This document shows, piece after piece, positions 9,709 to 20,926 of a stretch of DNA of 64,000 nt; position 1 is the stretch's first letter; every line of letters starts with the position of its first letter. The notes below the pieces were generated by a model that did not search any database, was not told the origin of the DNA, and saw nothing but the letters and a program-made list of their open reading frames with translations. The translations under genes and the position numbers were made by a program. This DNA is from Candidatus Entotheonellaceae bacterium (GTDB lineage: Bacteria > Tectomicrobia > Entotheonellia > Entotheonellales > Entotheonellaceae), in NCBI GenBank assembly GCA_965238075.1, contig OZ250173.1, forward strand, positions 1,600,001 to 1,664,000, read 5' to 3'.

Positions 9709-11156
9709 ACGCCCATCACGTACCCCTGGAACGCATCGACAGTCACCGCTGGCGTATCCCGCGTCACGGCGGCATGAACGTGGACGGCCTAGTGTTCGCC
9801 AGCGATGCCATGATGCAAACCATCCGCGGCGACCAGAGCCTGCAGCAGGTGGTCAACGTCGCGCATCTGCCGGGCATCGTCGGGCACTCCATCGCCATGC
9901 CGGACATCCACTGGGGCTACGGGTTTCCCATCGGCGGGGTGGCGGCGTTCGACGTCCGCGACGGCGTCATTTCGCCCGGCGGCATCGGCTACGACATCAA
10001 TTGCGGCGTGCGGCTGCTGGGCTCAGGTCTGAGCCGACAAGACGTGCAGGGCCGCATGCGCGAGGTGGCTGAGGGCCTATTTCGCAACATCCCTTCCGGC
10101 GTTGGGGCGCGCCAGCAGGCGGTGCGTCTGTCGCACGCCGATCTGCAGGGCGTGCTCAAACGCGGTGCCGGCTGGGCGGTGTCGCAGGGCTACGGCACAC
10201 CGCGCGACCTGGAGCACACCGAAGAGAACGGCTGTTTGGCAGAAGCCGAGCCGCAATACGTCAGTCAGCGCGCCCTTGAGCGCGGACGCCCGCAGCTCGG
10301 CAGCATCGGTTCGGGCAACCACTTTGTGGAAGTCGATTACGTCGCCGAGGTCTACGACGAACAGGTGGCCGGCGCCCTGGGATTGTTCAAGGACCAGCTC
10401 GCCATCACCATCCACACCGGCTCGCGCGGACTGGGCTATCAGGTGTGTGACGACTTCATCAAGACCATGCAGCGTACCGCGCAGCAATACGGTATCGCCA
10501 TCCCGGATCGGCAGTTGTGCTGCGCCCCCCTGAAGTCCCCGCCGGCGCGCGAATACATCGGCGCCATGTACAGCGCCGCCAATTTTGCCTTCGCCAACCG
10601 ACAGCTCATCACCCACACGGTGCGCCAGACCTTTGCCGAGGTGCTGCAACGCTCGGCGCCGGACCTGCGGATCGAGGTGATCTACGACGTGTGCCACAAC
10701 ATCGGCAAGTTCGAGACGCACACTGTTAACGGGCAGGCGCGCCGCTTGTGCGTGCACCGCAAAGGCGCCACCCGCGCCTTGGCGCCGGGGCATCCGCAGT
10801 TGCCGGCGGTGTATCGCGATCTGGGCCAGCCAGTGCTCATTCCGGGCGACATGGGCCGATACTCCTACGTGCTGATCGGCACCCAACAGGGCGGCGAGGA
10901 GACGTTTGCCAGCAGTTGCCACGGCGCCGGCCGCCTCATGAGCCGTACGCAGGCGAAGAAAAGAGCGCGCGGACGGCCCATCGTGCAGGAACTGGAGGCC
11001 CAGGGTATTTACGTGCGCTCGGCCGGACGCGCCACCCTGATGGAGGAAATCCCGGAAGCCTACAAGGACGTTCGGGATGTGGTGGACATCGTGCACGGCG
11101 CCGGCATCAGCCGGAAAGTCGTGCAGTTGCGGCCTCTCGGCGTGATCAAGGGCTAG
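9705..11156 (+). CDS. rtcB: RtcB family RNA ligase
   Basis: MPDIHWGYGFPIGGV, GYDINCG, GSGNHFVE, HTGSRG, HRKGAT, HGAGR, EEIPEAYK; ATG overlaps the thiL stop. Confidence 0.96.
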   Translation: MNAHHVPLERIDSHRWRIPRHGGMNVDGLVFASDAMMQTIRGDQSLQQVVNVAHLPGIVGHSIAMPDIHWGYGFPIGGVAAFDVRDGVISPGGIGYDINCGVRLLGSGLSRQDVQGRMREVAEGLFRNIPSGVGARQQAVRLSHADLQGVLKRGAGWAVSQGYGTPRDLEHTEENGCLAEAEPQYVSQRALERGRPQLGSIGSGNHFVEVDYVAEVYDEQVAGALGLFKDQLAITIHTGSRGLGYQVCDDFIKTMQRTAQQYGIAIPDRQLCCAPLKSPPAREYIGAMYSAANFAFANRQLITHTVRQTFAEVLQRSAPDLRIEVIYDVCHNIGKFETHTVNGQARRLCVHRKGATRALAPGHPQLPAVYRDLGQPVLIPGDMGRYSYVLIGTQQGGEETFASSCHGAGRLMSRTQAKKRARGRPIVQELEAQGIYVRSAGRATLMEEIPEAYKDVRDVVDIVHGAGISRKVVQLRPLGVIKG

Positions 11157-11250
11157 GGCACTTTCGGATCAAGACGGCTTGCAGCGTGTCTCATTTCGGC
11201 TTTCCCCCTCACCCCAACCCTCTCCCACCAGGGGAGAGGGAGCAAACCCT
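11154..11250. repeat. Inverted partial copy of the 8449-8646 MITE
   Basis: TAGGGCACTTTCGGATCAAGACGGCTTG...CCCCCTCACCCCAACCCTCTCCCACCA matches the reverse complement of 8560-8648; starts at the rtcB stop. Confidence 0.8.
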
Positions 11251-11342
11251 CTCGACGTCGCCCGGGCAGTTGATCCAGGTATGCGGGCGGTACCTCGGTC
11301 GTCTCGCGGCCGCTCGGAAATCCCCACTTGGTGCCAAAAAGC

Positions 11343-11825
11343 GGCGTTATCAACCCAATCAGCTTGCCGTGGTGGTGCCTGGCAAGCCGCATGGCTTCGG
11401 CAATGTCGCTGTCGTTGCTGACCACAACCGCGCAGTCGTAGACGTCCAGCCAACTGTCGTTCAGGAGATGCACGGCGAGATTGACGTCCGAGCCTTTTTC
11501 CTCGGTCTTGATCACCTGTGCCGCGTGCTGGTTCCCGGCCACGCGAGCGGCATTCGGACCGGATGGCTCAGAAAATACCCGAAATACGCCTCGACCTCGG
11601 GCCGATAGTGGCGTAGCGCGCGAAGATACACGTCTTGCCGTTGAGGCTTCGACTGCTCAGCGGGCGTGCTTGACACTCTCGCCGTGAAGTACTTGACGGT
11701 CAGGATGTCGTGGTGGGGTTGCAGGACTTTCGCGAACAGGGCAGGCAGGTCCAGCCATTCCGGGCGGTTCCCTTGAGCGCTCCGTCGTAGAGATTGAACC
11801 CGTCTACATAGATGAAGGTGCGCAT
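11343..11825 (-). pseudogene. NYN/LabA-like (PIN fold) ribonuclease, two frameshifts, 3' end lost
   Basis: Three frames give YVDGFNLY / WLDL..VKYFTARV / EEKGSDVNLA..VVSNDSD. Confidence 0.85.
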
Positions 11826-11836
11826 CAATCCCCGCC

Positions 11837-11900
11837 AAAAAAGCAGGGACCTCCGAAAAGAGGCCCCGCGCCCTGCGGTCGAAACCGCAAGGGGTGTTGC
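11837..11900 (-). ncRNA. Candidate structured leader RNA (two hairpins plus U6) upstream of the NYN gene
   Basis: CCTTGCGGT-TTCG-ACCGCAGGG, then GCGGGGCCTC-TTTTCG-GAGGTCCCTGC-TTTTTT. Confidence 0.5.
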
Positions 11901-12081
11901 CAATAATCTAGACGATGTAAGCGATCAAGGTTAAGTGAGCGTAGCGCACCTTCGATTGGCGCTAAACGGGCCCACCTTGTTTTCATTCTCCAGCCCAGCA
12001 GGCGTCCACGACCATCGAGGGAGGGGCTTTAGGGCCGATATCTCAACCGGTGCAATCGGATACGGGAATGATCCAGGCAGG

Positions 12082-12975
12082 TTACGATGCAGCCACACCG
12101 CTCGCCACCGGCTCGCGCAGACCGGCGAACAGGTCCCATTCGGGGCTGCTGTGGGGTACGTGCGACGCCACGCAGACGAAGCATTCGTGGGCGAATTTGT
12201 CGCGCTGCACCTCGGGCGGGATGCGCCTGAACCACCAATCCGGCGCGATCTGGCTGCGGTGGCAGCGCAGCGCCTCCATCTTGAGCGCGAGATAATCGCG
12301 CACCTCGATACGCGTCGTGATGTCTTCGTCCGCTGTGCCGCCCACCTTCTGCGGGTCGAAATCCGGCCGGTCCATCGGTGACTCGACGCCCATCGAGCGC
12401 ATAACCTCGTAGCGCATCAGGATGTAGGAGCGCGGGTAAGACGTGTAATAGAGCTTCTGCGGCTGCCACGGCGCCAGCCCGTCCTCGGAGTATTGCGCGG
12501 GGTCCCCGGCAGCATGAAAGGCCGCGACGGTCGCGCGGTTGACTTGAATGTGATCCGGGTGGCCGTAGCCGCCGTTTTCGTTGTAGCAGGTCACCACGTG
12601 CGGGCGGCACTGCCGCATCAGGCGCACCAGCCGTCCGGTTGCCTCATGCAGGTCGGCCTGGTGGAAACAGTCGGGGTGGTTGTTGGCCGGCGTTCCGGCC
12701 ATGCCGGAATCGCGGTAATTGAGCAGGTGCGACTCCCCGATCTGCAAGTGTTGGCACGCCTTTTCGAGTTCCGCCACGCGCACGTCGGCGAGTTTCGGCC
12801 GCACCTCGTCGGGGTCCATTTCCGGATCCACGATCTCGCCCTCCTCGCCCCGTGTGGCGGTGACCAGGATGGTGTGTACGCCCTCCTCGCGGTAGCGCGC
12901 CAGGCTGCCGCCGGTACTCATGCATTCGTCGTCCGGATGGGCATGCACCGCCATCAGGGTCAGTCGTTCGGTCAT
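12082..12975 (-). CDS. PIG-L family deacetylase/amidase, MshB/Mca-like
   Basis: VHAHPDDE, TRGEEGEI, YRDSGMAG, GGYGHPDH, HRSQI. Confidence 0.88.
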   Translation of the reverse strand: MTERLTLMAVHAHPDDECMSTGGSLARYREEGVHTILVTATRGEEGEIVDPEMDPDEVRPKLADVRVAELEKACQHLQIGESHLLNYRDSGMAGTPANNHPDCFHQADLHEATGRLVRLMRQCRPHVVTCYNENGGYGHPDHIQVNRATVAAFHAAGDPAQYSEDGLAPWQPQKLYYTSYPRSYILMRYEVMRSMGVESPMDRPDFDPQKVGGTADEDITTRIEVRDYLALKMEALRCHRSQIAPDWWFRRIPPEVQRDKFAHECFVCVASHVPHSSPEWDLFAGLREPVASGVAAS

Positions 12976-13148
12976 TCATTCTCTCCTTGAACTAGGGTCG
13001 TTTCCAAGCGGGGGATTAGGGTTGGAAGTTTAACAGGTCCGTCGAAAAAATGCGCCCGGCGTTCCCTTTCACAGGCGGGTTGAGTACAATAGCCGCGGCC
13101 AAAAAAGGCCATCGGCGCAATCATCGACAGGACGGAACCCCGCACGCC

Positions 13149-13712
13149 ATGGAACACGTTCTCCTGCTCAACGCCTCGTTCGAACCCCTGCGCATTGTGA
13201 ACTGGAAACGCGCGCTGACGCTTTATTTCGCCGGCAAGGCGGAGATCGTCGAGGAGTACGCCCGCGAGATCCACAGCGTTACCCTCACCCTGCGCCTGCC
13301 GGCGGTTATCCGGCTGCACAAGCTGGTGCGCGCCCGGCCGCGCGGCGTCAAGTTTTCCCGCCAGAACATCTACGCCCGCGATCACTACGCCTGCCAGTAC
13401 TGCGGCGCCATGCCGCCGCCGAGCGAGTTGACCTACGACCACGTGCTGCCGCGCGTGCTCGGCGGCCTCACCGAGTGGACGAACATCGTGACCTGCTGTC
13501 TGGCCTGCAACCGCCGCAAGGGCGGCAAGACCCTGCAGAGCTGCGGCCTGCGCCTGAAGCGGCTGCCCCGCAAGCCCGCCTGGCAGCCCCACGTCACCAT
13601 GGCGGCGAGCCTGCGCAATCCGCCTGAGAGCTGGCATGACTACCTGAAGTGGTACGCCGCCTCCGAAAGAGACGCGCCGGCGGCCTCTCAAGCAGTTCTC
13701 GGGGCATCCTGA
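13149..13712 (+). CDS. HNH endonuclease (McrA-like)
   Basis: LLLNASFEPL, RDHYACQYCG, LTYDHVLPR..GG, CCLACNRRKG. Confidence 0.92.
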   Translation: MEHVLLLNASFEPLRIVNWKRALTLYFAGKAEIVEEYAREIHSVTLTLRLPAVIRLHKLVRARPRGVKFSRQNIYARDHYACQYCGAMPPPSELTYDHVLPRVLGGLTEWTNIVTCCLACNRRKGGKTLQSCGLRLKRLPRKPAWQPHVTMAASLRNPPESWHDYLKWYAASERDAPAASQAVLGAS

Positions 13713-13738
13713 CGACAACTGATTTTGCAACCGCGTTC

Positions 13739-13768
13739 TTGACAAAAGAGGCCCCGCCCGTTTATCGT
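13739..13768 (+). promoter_or_regulatory. Putative sigma70 promoter of groESL
   Basis: TTGACA at 13739-13744 and a weak -10 (TATCGT) just before the CIRCE. Confidence 0.55.
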
Positions 13769-13795
13769 TTGGCACTCAACTTCCTAGAGTGCTAA
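13769..13795. promoter_or_regulatory. CIRCE element (HrcA operator)
   Basis: TTGGCACTC-N9-GAGTGCTAA, one mismatch to TTAGCACTC-N9-GAGTGCTAA, upstream of groES. Confidence 0.95.
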
Positions 13796-13921
13796 TAATC
13801 GCAAACGTAACATACGCGGTCTCGGCTACCTCGTTTCCGCAGGGCGCCAGCCCTGTGCAGGAAGCGATGGCACGCCGCTTACCACTGCCTCAAACACGAA
13901 GAGAAGAGGAGAGCTTTAGTT

Positions 13922-15876
<1,955 letters not shown>

Positions 15877-15898
15877 CCCTAAGCCATCGTGCCAGGAG

Positions 15899-15931
15899 AA
15901 GGGAGGGGCGGTTCAGCCGTCCCTCCCTTTT
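15899..15931 (+). terminator. Intrinsic terminator after groEL
   Basis: AAGGGAGGGGCGG-TTCAG-CCGTCCCTCCCTTTT. Confidence 0.75.
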
Positions 15932-15970
15932 CGCCCTCCGCAAGGCTGTCCACCCACAGGAGAGCGTCCC

Positions 15971-17452
15971 ATGCTAAACACGACCCCGTTGCCCCGCCGG
16001 GCCAGTACCCTTGCCGCCGGGGTATTTGCTGCGCTGTTGCTCACCTGCACCGTGTGTCTGGAACCGCTGGCGGCAGCACAGCTTTGGAAGGAGGGCAGCG
16101 GCGTTGAGTTTGAGCAGCCGCAGGTGCCGTCCTTCACCGAGGCGGCCAAAGCCCTGAAACCCGCCGTCGTCAACATCAGCAGCCGCAGAACCGCCGCTCC
16201 CGCCGAACGACACTCACGACGCAGAAGGCCGTTTCCCTTCGGCGGCGAGGACCCCTTCCAGGAATTCTTCGACCGCTTCTTCGGCGAACAGCGCCGTCCA
16301 CGCCATCGCCCCAGCCTGGGCACTGGCTTCATTATCAACACCAACGGCTACATCGTGACCAATAACCACGTGGTGGAAGAAGCGGGCGAAATCACCGTGA
16401 CGCTGGCCTCGAAGGAGGAATTCGAGGCGACCCTGATCGGGCGCGACCCCAAGACGGACCTGGCACTCCTGCGCGTTGACAGCTCGCTGCCCCTGCCTAC
16501 CGTGCCGTTCGGTGATTCGGAAAACCTGGAGGTCGGCGAATGGGTGTTGGCCATCGGCAACCCCTTCGGCCTGGGCCACACTGTTACCGCGGGCATCGTC
16601 AGCGCCAAGGGCCGCACCATCGGCGCCGGGCCGTACGACGACTTCATCCAGACCGACGCCTCGATCAACCCGGGCAACAGCGGTGGCCCGCTCTTCAACA
16701 TGCGCGGCGAGGTCATCGGCATTAACACGGCCATCATGCGCAGCGGCCAGGGCATCGGCTTTGCCATCCCGATCAACATGGCCAAGAACGTCCTCAGCCA
16801 ACTGTACGACAAGGGCAACGTGACGCGCGGCTGGCTGGGCGTGGCCATTCAGAGCATCTCGCCTGAAATGCTTAATGCTTTCAAGCTCGACGACGCCAGC
16901 GGCGCTCTGGTGTCCGGCATCGTCAGCGATGCGCCGGCAGACAACGCCGGCCTGCAGCAGGGTGACGTGATCGTCGGCTTTCACGGCAGCGAGGTGGAGG
17001 ATTCCAGCACCTTGCCGGGTCTGGTAGCCGTTGTGGCGCCGGGCACCACCGTGGACGTGGAGATCATCCGCGACGGCCAGCGAATGACCATCCCGGTCAC
17101 GCTCGGTGAACTCGAGGAAGACGAGGCCGCGCGGATCGCCAGCCTGGAGCCGTCGGGCGTGGAAGAGTTGCTGGGTATACAGGTCAAGGCGATTACCGAG
17201 GATATGGCCCGCGAGCTACGGACCGATGACGACCGCGGTGTTGTGGTGACGGACGTTGCCGACGAAAGCCCCGCCGCCAACGCCGGCATTCAGCCGGGCG
17301 ACATCGTCCGCGAAGTGAATCGGCAAACGGTTGAGGACTTGGACGCCTATGAGGCGGCCACCGCCCAGATCGAGGGCGGCGAACCCGTGCTGCTGCTCCT
17401 CGAACGCCGCGGCAACCATCTCTACGTGGCGCTCAGGCCCGAAAGGAATTAA
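15971..17452 (+). CDS. degP: DegP/DegQ (HtrA) serine protease with two PDZ domains
   Basis: Signal peptide, TNNHVV, TDLAL, INPGNSGGPL, two PDZ repeats. Confidence 0.93.
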   Translation: MLNTTPLPRRASTLAAGVFAALLLTCTVCLEPLAAAQLWKEGSGVEFEQPQVPSFTEAAKALKPAVVNISSRRTAAPAERHSRRRRPFPFGGEDPFQEFFDRFFGEQRRPRHRPSLGTGFIINTNGYIVTNNHVVEEAGEITVTLASKEEFEATLIGRDPKTDLALLRVDSSLPLPTVPFGDSENLEVGEWVLAIGNPFGLGHTVTAGIVSAKGRTIGAGPYDDFIQTDASINPGNSGGPLFNMRGEVIGINTAIMRSGQGIGFAIPINMAKNVLSQLYDKGNVTRGWLGVAIQSISPEMLNAFKLDDASGALVSGIVSDAPADNAGLQQGDVIVGFHGSEVEDSSTLPGLVAVVAPGTTVDVEIIRDGQRMTIPVTLGELEEDEAARIASLEPSGVEELLGIQVKAITEDMARELRTDDDRGVVVTDVADESPAANAGIQPGDIVREVNRQTVEDLDAYEAATAQIEGGEPVLLLLERRGNHLYVALRPERN

Positions 17453-17502
17453 GGTGGGGCAACACGCTGCATTGCAATCCCGGTTGGTAAGGAGGACACC
17501 CA

Positions 17503-18051
17503 TTGATGACAAGGTCTATGCAAGTCGTGTTCGCCGTCACCCTCGGGCTGTTGGTAGCGTCGGTGACGTGGGCGGCGGACGCCAGCCCATCGATGTTGGG
17601 GAATGCCTGCGCGCCCTGCCACGGCACGGACGGCATGAGCCCCGGCGCCATCCCGGCACTGTCCGGCAAATCAGCCGACTACATCGTCCAACGCATGCTC
17701 GAATTCAAAGCCGGCGCCCGTGAAGGCACGGTGATGAACCGTATCGCCAAGGGCTACAGCGATACCGAAATCGCCGCCGTGGCGCAGCACTTTGCCGCTC
17801 TGGGGAAGACTGCCGCGGCCGGCGGGGCGACGCCGTCGGCGCTGGCCGACGCCTGCGCTGCCTGTCACGGTACGGACGGCATGAGCCCCGGCGCCATCCC
17901 GGCACTGTCCGGCAAATCGGCTGCCTACATCACGCAACGCATGCTCGAATTCAAAGCCGGCGCCCGCGAAGGCACGGTGATGAACCGCATCGCCAGAGGC
18001 TATGACGACGACGAAATCGCCGCCATCGCGCAACACTTGGGGACTCCATAG
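17503..18051 (+). CDS. fccA: Diheme cytochrome c subunit of sulfide dehydrogenase
   Basis: Signal peptide, CAPCH and CAACH, two TVMNRIA motifs; directly upstream of fccB. Confidence 0.85.
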   Translation: MMTRSMQVVFAVTLGLLVASVTWAADASPSMLGNACAPCHGTDGMSPGAIPALSGKSADYIVQRMLEFKAGAREGTVMNRIAKGYSDTEIAAVAQHFAALGKTAAAGGATPSALADACAACHGTDGMSPGAIPALSGKSAAYITQRMLEFKAGAREGTVMNRIARGYDDDEIAAIAQHLGTP

Positions 18052-18063
18052 GAGAGGGAACCG

Positions 18064-19353
18064 ATGACGTCCGTTACACGTAGACGTTTCATCCAGTTGA
18101 TCGGGAGTGCCGGCGCTTTCTCGACGGCAGGCGTTGCGGGGTTTCCGGCCCTCAGCCGGGCGGCCACGGGCCGGGTCGTGGTGATCGGCGGCGGCTTTGG
18201 CGGCGCCACCTGCGCGAAATACCTGCGGCGCGCCGATCCGGGCATCGAGGTGACCCTCGTCGAGCGCAACCCGCGTTTCATGACCTGCCCGTTCAGCAAT
18301 ACGGTTCTGGGCGGTCTGAATGACATGGACTTCATCACCCACTCCTACGACCAGTTGAGCAGCCGTCACGGGGTGACAGTCATCCACGATACCGCGAGCG
18401 GTATCGACCCGGCACAACGCAAGGTGTCGCTGCAGAACGGTATCGACCTGTCATACGACCGTCTGGTGGTGTCGCCGGGCATCCAGTTGTTGTGGGGCGC
18501 CCTGGAAGGGTACGACGAGCAGGCGTCGCAAGCCATGCCGCACGCCTGGCAGGCGGGACCGCAGACCACCCTGCTGCGCCAGCAGCTCGAAGCCATGCCC
18601 GACGGCGGCACCGTGGTCATTGCGCCGCCGGCCAATCCGTTCCGCTGCCCGCCCGGCCCCTATGAGCGCGCCAGCCTGATCGCCTTCTACCTCAAAACGC
18701 ACAAGCCGAAATCGAAAATCATCATCCTCGACGCCAAGGAAAAGTTCTCCAAGCAACCCTTGTTCATGGAAGGCTGGGCGCAGCGTTATCCCGGCATGAT
18801 CGAATGGCACCCCGGCTCGGCCGGCGGCAGTATTGTGCAGGTCGACGCCGCCAAGATGATCCTGGAAACGGACTTCGGCCAAGTACGGGGCGACGTCGTC
18901 AACGTCATTCCGCCGCAATCAGCGGGCCGCATCGCCGTGCAGGCCGGTCTGACCAATGACGCCGGCTGGTGCCCGGTGGACCAAGGCACCTTCGAGTCTG
19001 CCATTCATCCGGGCATTCACGTCATCGGCGACGCCTGCATAGCCGGCAAGATGCCGAAATCCGGCTACAGCGCCAACAGCCAGGCCAAGGCGTGCGCCGC
19101 AGCCGTAGCAGCCATGCTGCGCGGCGAATCGCCCGGCACCGTGTCGTTCATCAACACCTGCTACAGCCTGGTGGCGCCCGACTACGGCATCTCGGTCGCG
19201 GCCGTCTACCGCCTTGCCGACGACGGCACCATCAAGGGCGTTGAAGGCGCCGGCGGCGTCAGCCCCAAGGGCGCCTCGGCCGATTTCCGCAAGCGGGAGG
19301 CCGAGTACACCGTCGGCTGGTACAAGAGCATCACCTCCGACATCTTCGGTTGA
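18064..19353 (+). CDS. fccB: Flavocytochrome c sulfide dehydrogenase flavoprotein
   Basis: Tat signal [37 protein letters not shown]. Confidence 0.93.
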   Translation: MTSVTRRRFIQLIGSAGAFSTAGVAGFPALSRAATGRVVVIGGGFGGATCAKYLRRADPGIEVTLVERNPRFMTCPFSNTVLGGLNDMDFITHSYDQLSSRHGVTVIHDTASGIDPAQRKVSLQNGIDLSYDRLVVSPGIQLLWGALEGYDEQASQAMPHAWQAGPQTTLLRQQLEAMPDGGTVVIAPPANPFRCPPGPYERASLIAFYLKTHKPKSKIIILDAKEKFSKQPLFMEGWAQRYPGMIEWHPGSAGGSIVQVDAAKMILETDFGQVRGDVVNVIPPQSAGRIAVQAGLTNDAGWCPVDQGTFESAIHPGIHVIGDACIAGKMPKSGYSANSQAKACAAAVAAMLRGESPGTVSFINTCYSLVAPDYGISVAAVYRLADDGTIKGVEGAGGVSPKGASADFRKREAEYTVGWYKSITSDIFG

Positions 19354-19509
19354 TCACCCTCTCCAGAGTGGCTAGTGGCTAGTGGCTAGCGATCAGTGTG
19401 AGACATTGACACCTTCATATTTGCTAAAGTCGATATGCGGTCATTAGACCGCAGCACGATCGCAATACGATAAGAGCTACTCCGCCGTTCCCCAGCAGAG
19501 GAGACTGTC

Positions 19510-20505
19510 ATGCTTCGCTTCGCCGTCCTCGCTCTGGCCTTCCTGATCACCCCTTCCTTTGCCATTGGCGCGTGTGACGGCAAGGACCACCGCGACACGC
19601 TTCCACCCGAAAGCATGATGGATATCCGCGCCGGCATCGCAGATGTTCCCTTCCGCGAAGGGATCGCCTTCGAGGCCGTGCGCGGCGACAAGCGTCTGAC
19701 GCTGTTCGGCACGATCCATACGTCCGATCCAGCTGTTTTCATTCCCGACGAGATCGCCTCACGCACCCGCACGGCTGATCTCGTCCTTGTAGAAGTGACG
19801 GAAGAGGCGGAGACGGAGATGCAGCGGCATCTGGTCGAGAATCCGTCAATGATGCTCTATCTTGACGGGCCCGGCCTGAGAACCCGCCTGACGGAGGAGG
19901 AGTGGGAAACGCTGAGTGGATCACTTTCCGAGCTTGGCATATCGCCTGAGTCGGCAGACAGAATGCGCGCAGGGTTCGTAGCCATGATGCTTGAGATACC
20001 ACCATGCGAGATGATCGCTCGGGCCTCGGGCGGCATGTCACTCGACATGCGTGTCGAGATGCTAGCCCGCGACGTCGGCGTCCCGGTCGAAGCCTTGGAT
20101 GAAAGCTTCGAGACGACTCTCGCCTTTTTCCTGGAGCCGCCGGAAGAGAAGCAACTCGATCTATTGCGAATGTCCCTTGCGGTGGGCGCTGCCGACAATG
20201 ATGTAGTCGCGACAGCCATCGGCACGTGGAGAGACGAGGAGCCCCTCGTGCTGTGGGAAATCGCCCGACAACACGCCGCTACCATGATTGAGGATGAGGA
20301 GGCGGTGGCAGCACTGTTTCGCGAGGCACACGATTCTCTCATTGTAAGACGCAATCGTGGATGGCTGGCAAGAATTCTGAACCGGCTCCACGGGGCGCAG
20401 AATATTGTCATCGCCGTCGGCGGGATGCATCTGCCGGGCGATCAAGGACTCGTGCGCATGCTGGAGGCTGAGGGATTCGTGATCCGCCGTTTAATCGTAT
20501 TCTGA
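19510..20505 (+). CDS. TraB/GumN family protein
   Basis: Signal peptide, LFGTIH, SLDM, LIVRRNRGW, IAVGGMHLPG..GLV; codon usage differs from neighbours. Confidence 0.88.
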   Translation: MLRFAVLALAFLITPSFAIGACDGKDHRDTLPPESMMDIRAGIADVPFREGIAFEAVRGDKRLTLFGTIHTSDPAVFIPDEIASRTRTADLVLVEVTEEAETEMQRHLVENPSMMLYLDGPGLRTRLTEEEWETLSGSLSELGISPESADRMRAGFVAMMLEIPPCEMIARASGGMSLDMRVEMLARDVGVPVEALDESFETTLAFFLEPPEEKQLDLLRMSLAVGAADNDVVATAIGTWRDEEPLVLWEIARQHAATMIEDEEAVAALFREAHDSLIVRRNRGWLARILNRLHGAQNIVIAVGGMHLPGDQGLVRMLEAEGFVIRRLIVF

Positions 20506-20613
20506 TTTATAGGCCTACATAATGGCGTCACGCTTGATGCCTTCAGACCTTGAAACCTGATCGACGACACCATCGTCAAGCTCTTCAACGGTCCATTCTG
20601 GGCCGAATACCTG

Positions 20614-20643
20614 AATTCTTGGTATCAAACGGGATTCACTTTA
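20614..20643. mobile_element. Orphan IS630-type terminal inverted repeat plus TA
   Basis: Reverse complement AAGTGAATCCCGTTTGATACCAAGAATT resembles the end AAGTGCGTTCACTTTGATACCAAGAATT at 31407. Confidence 0.7.
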
Positions 20644-20753
20644 GTGCCCTGAGTCAGAAGCTCATGTACAAAATGGTTACAGGCGCGGGCGGCATTTCAT
20701 CGGCCATTTCGGGGTGTCAAACAGAACCCATGCCGCCAAGGGGTTTCGCCTTT

Positions 20754-20845
20754 GTAGGGGCGGGTTTCAAACCCGCCCGCCTGTCATCCGTATGGTTTGT
20801 ATCCGGCAAGCTCTGTAAGCCGGGTTAGCCGGAGGCGCAACCCGA
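20754..20845 (+). repeat. Two REP-like palindromes
   Basis: GTAGGGGCGGGTTTCAAACCCGCCC and GTAAGCCGGGTTAGCCGGAGGCGCAACCCGA. Confidence 0.7.
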
Positions 20846-20926
20846 TATTCCGACGACGTTCCCCGCCCTTCGGCTGATCACTCTCCAGGCAGTGGTTAGT
20901 GATGAGACCCTGTTGTCTGACCACTA

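Noticed and set aside
13149-13712. HNH nuclease as part of a defence or RNA-guided system
   Set aside because: Common standalone McrA-like family with no adjacent array, methylase or guide-like repeat
11857-13757. Match AAAAGAGGCCCCGC between the NYN leader and the groES promoter spacer
   Set aside because: Short, no extension, plausible by chance
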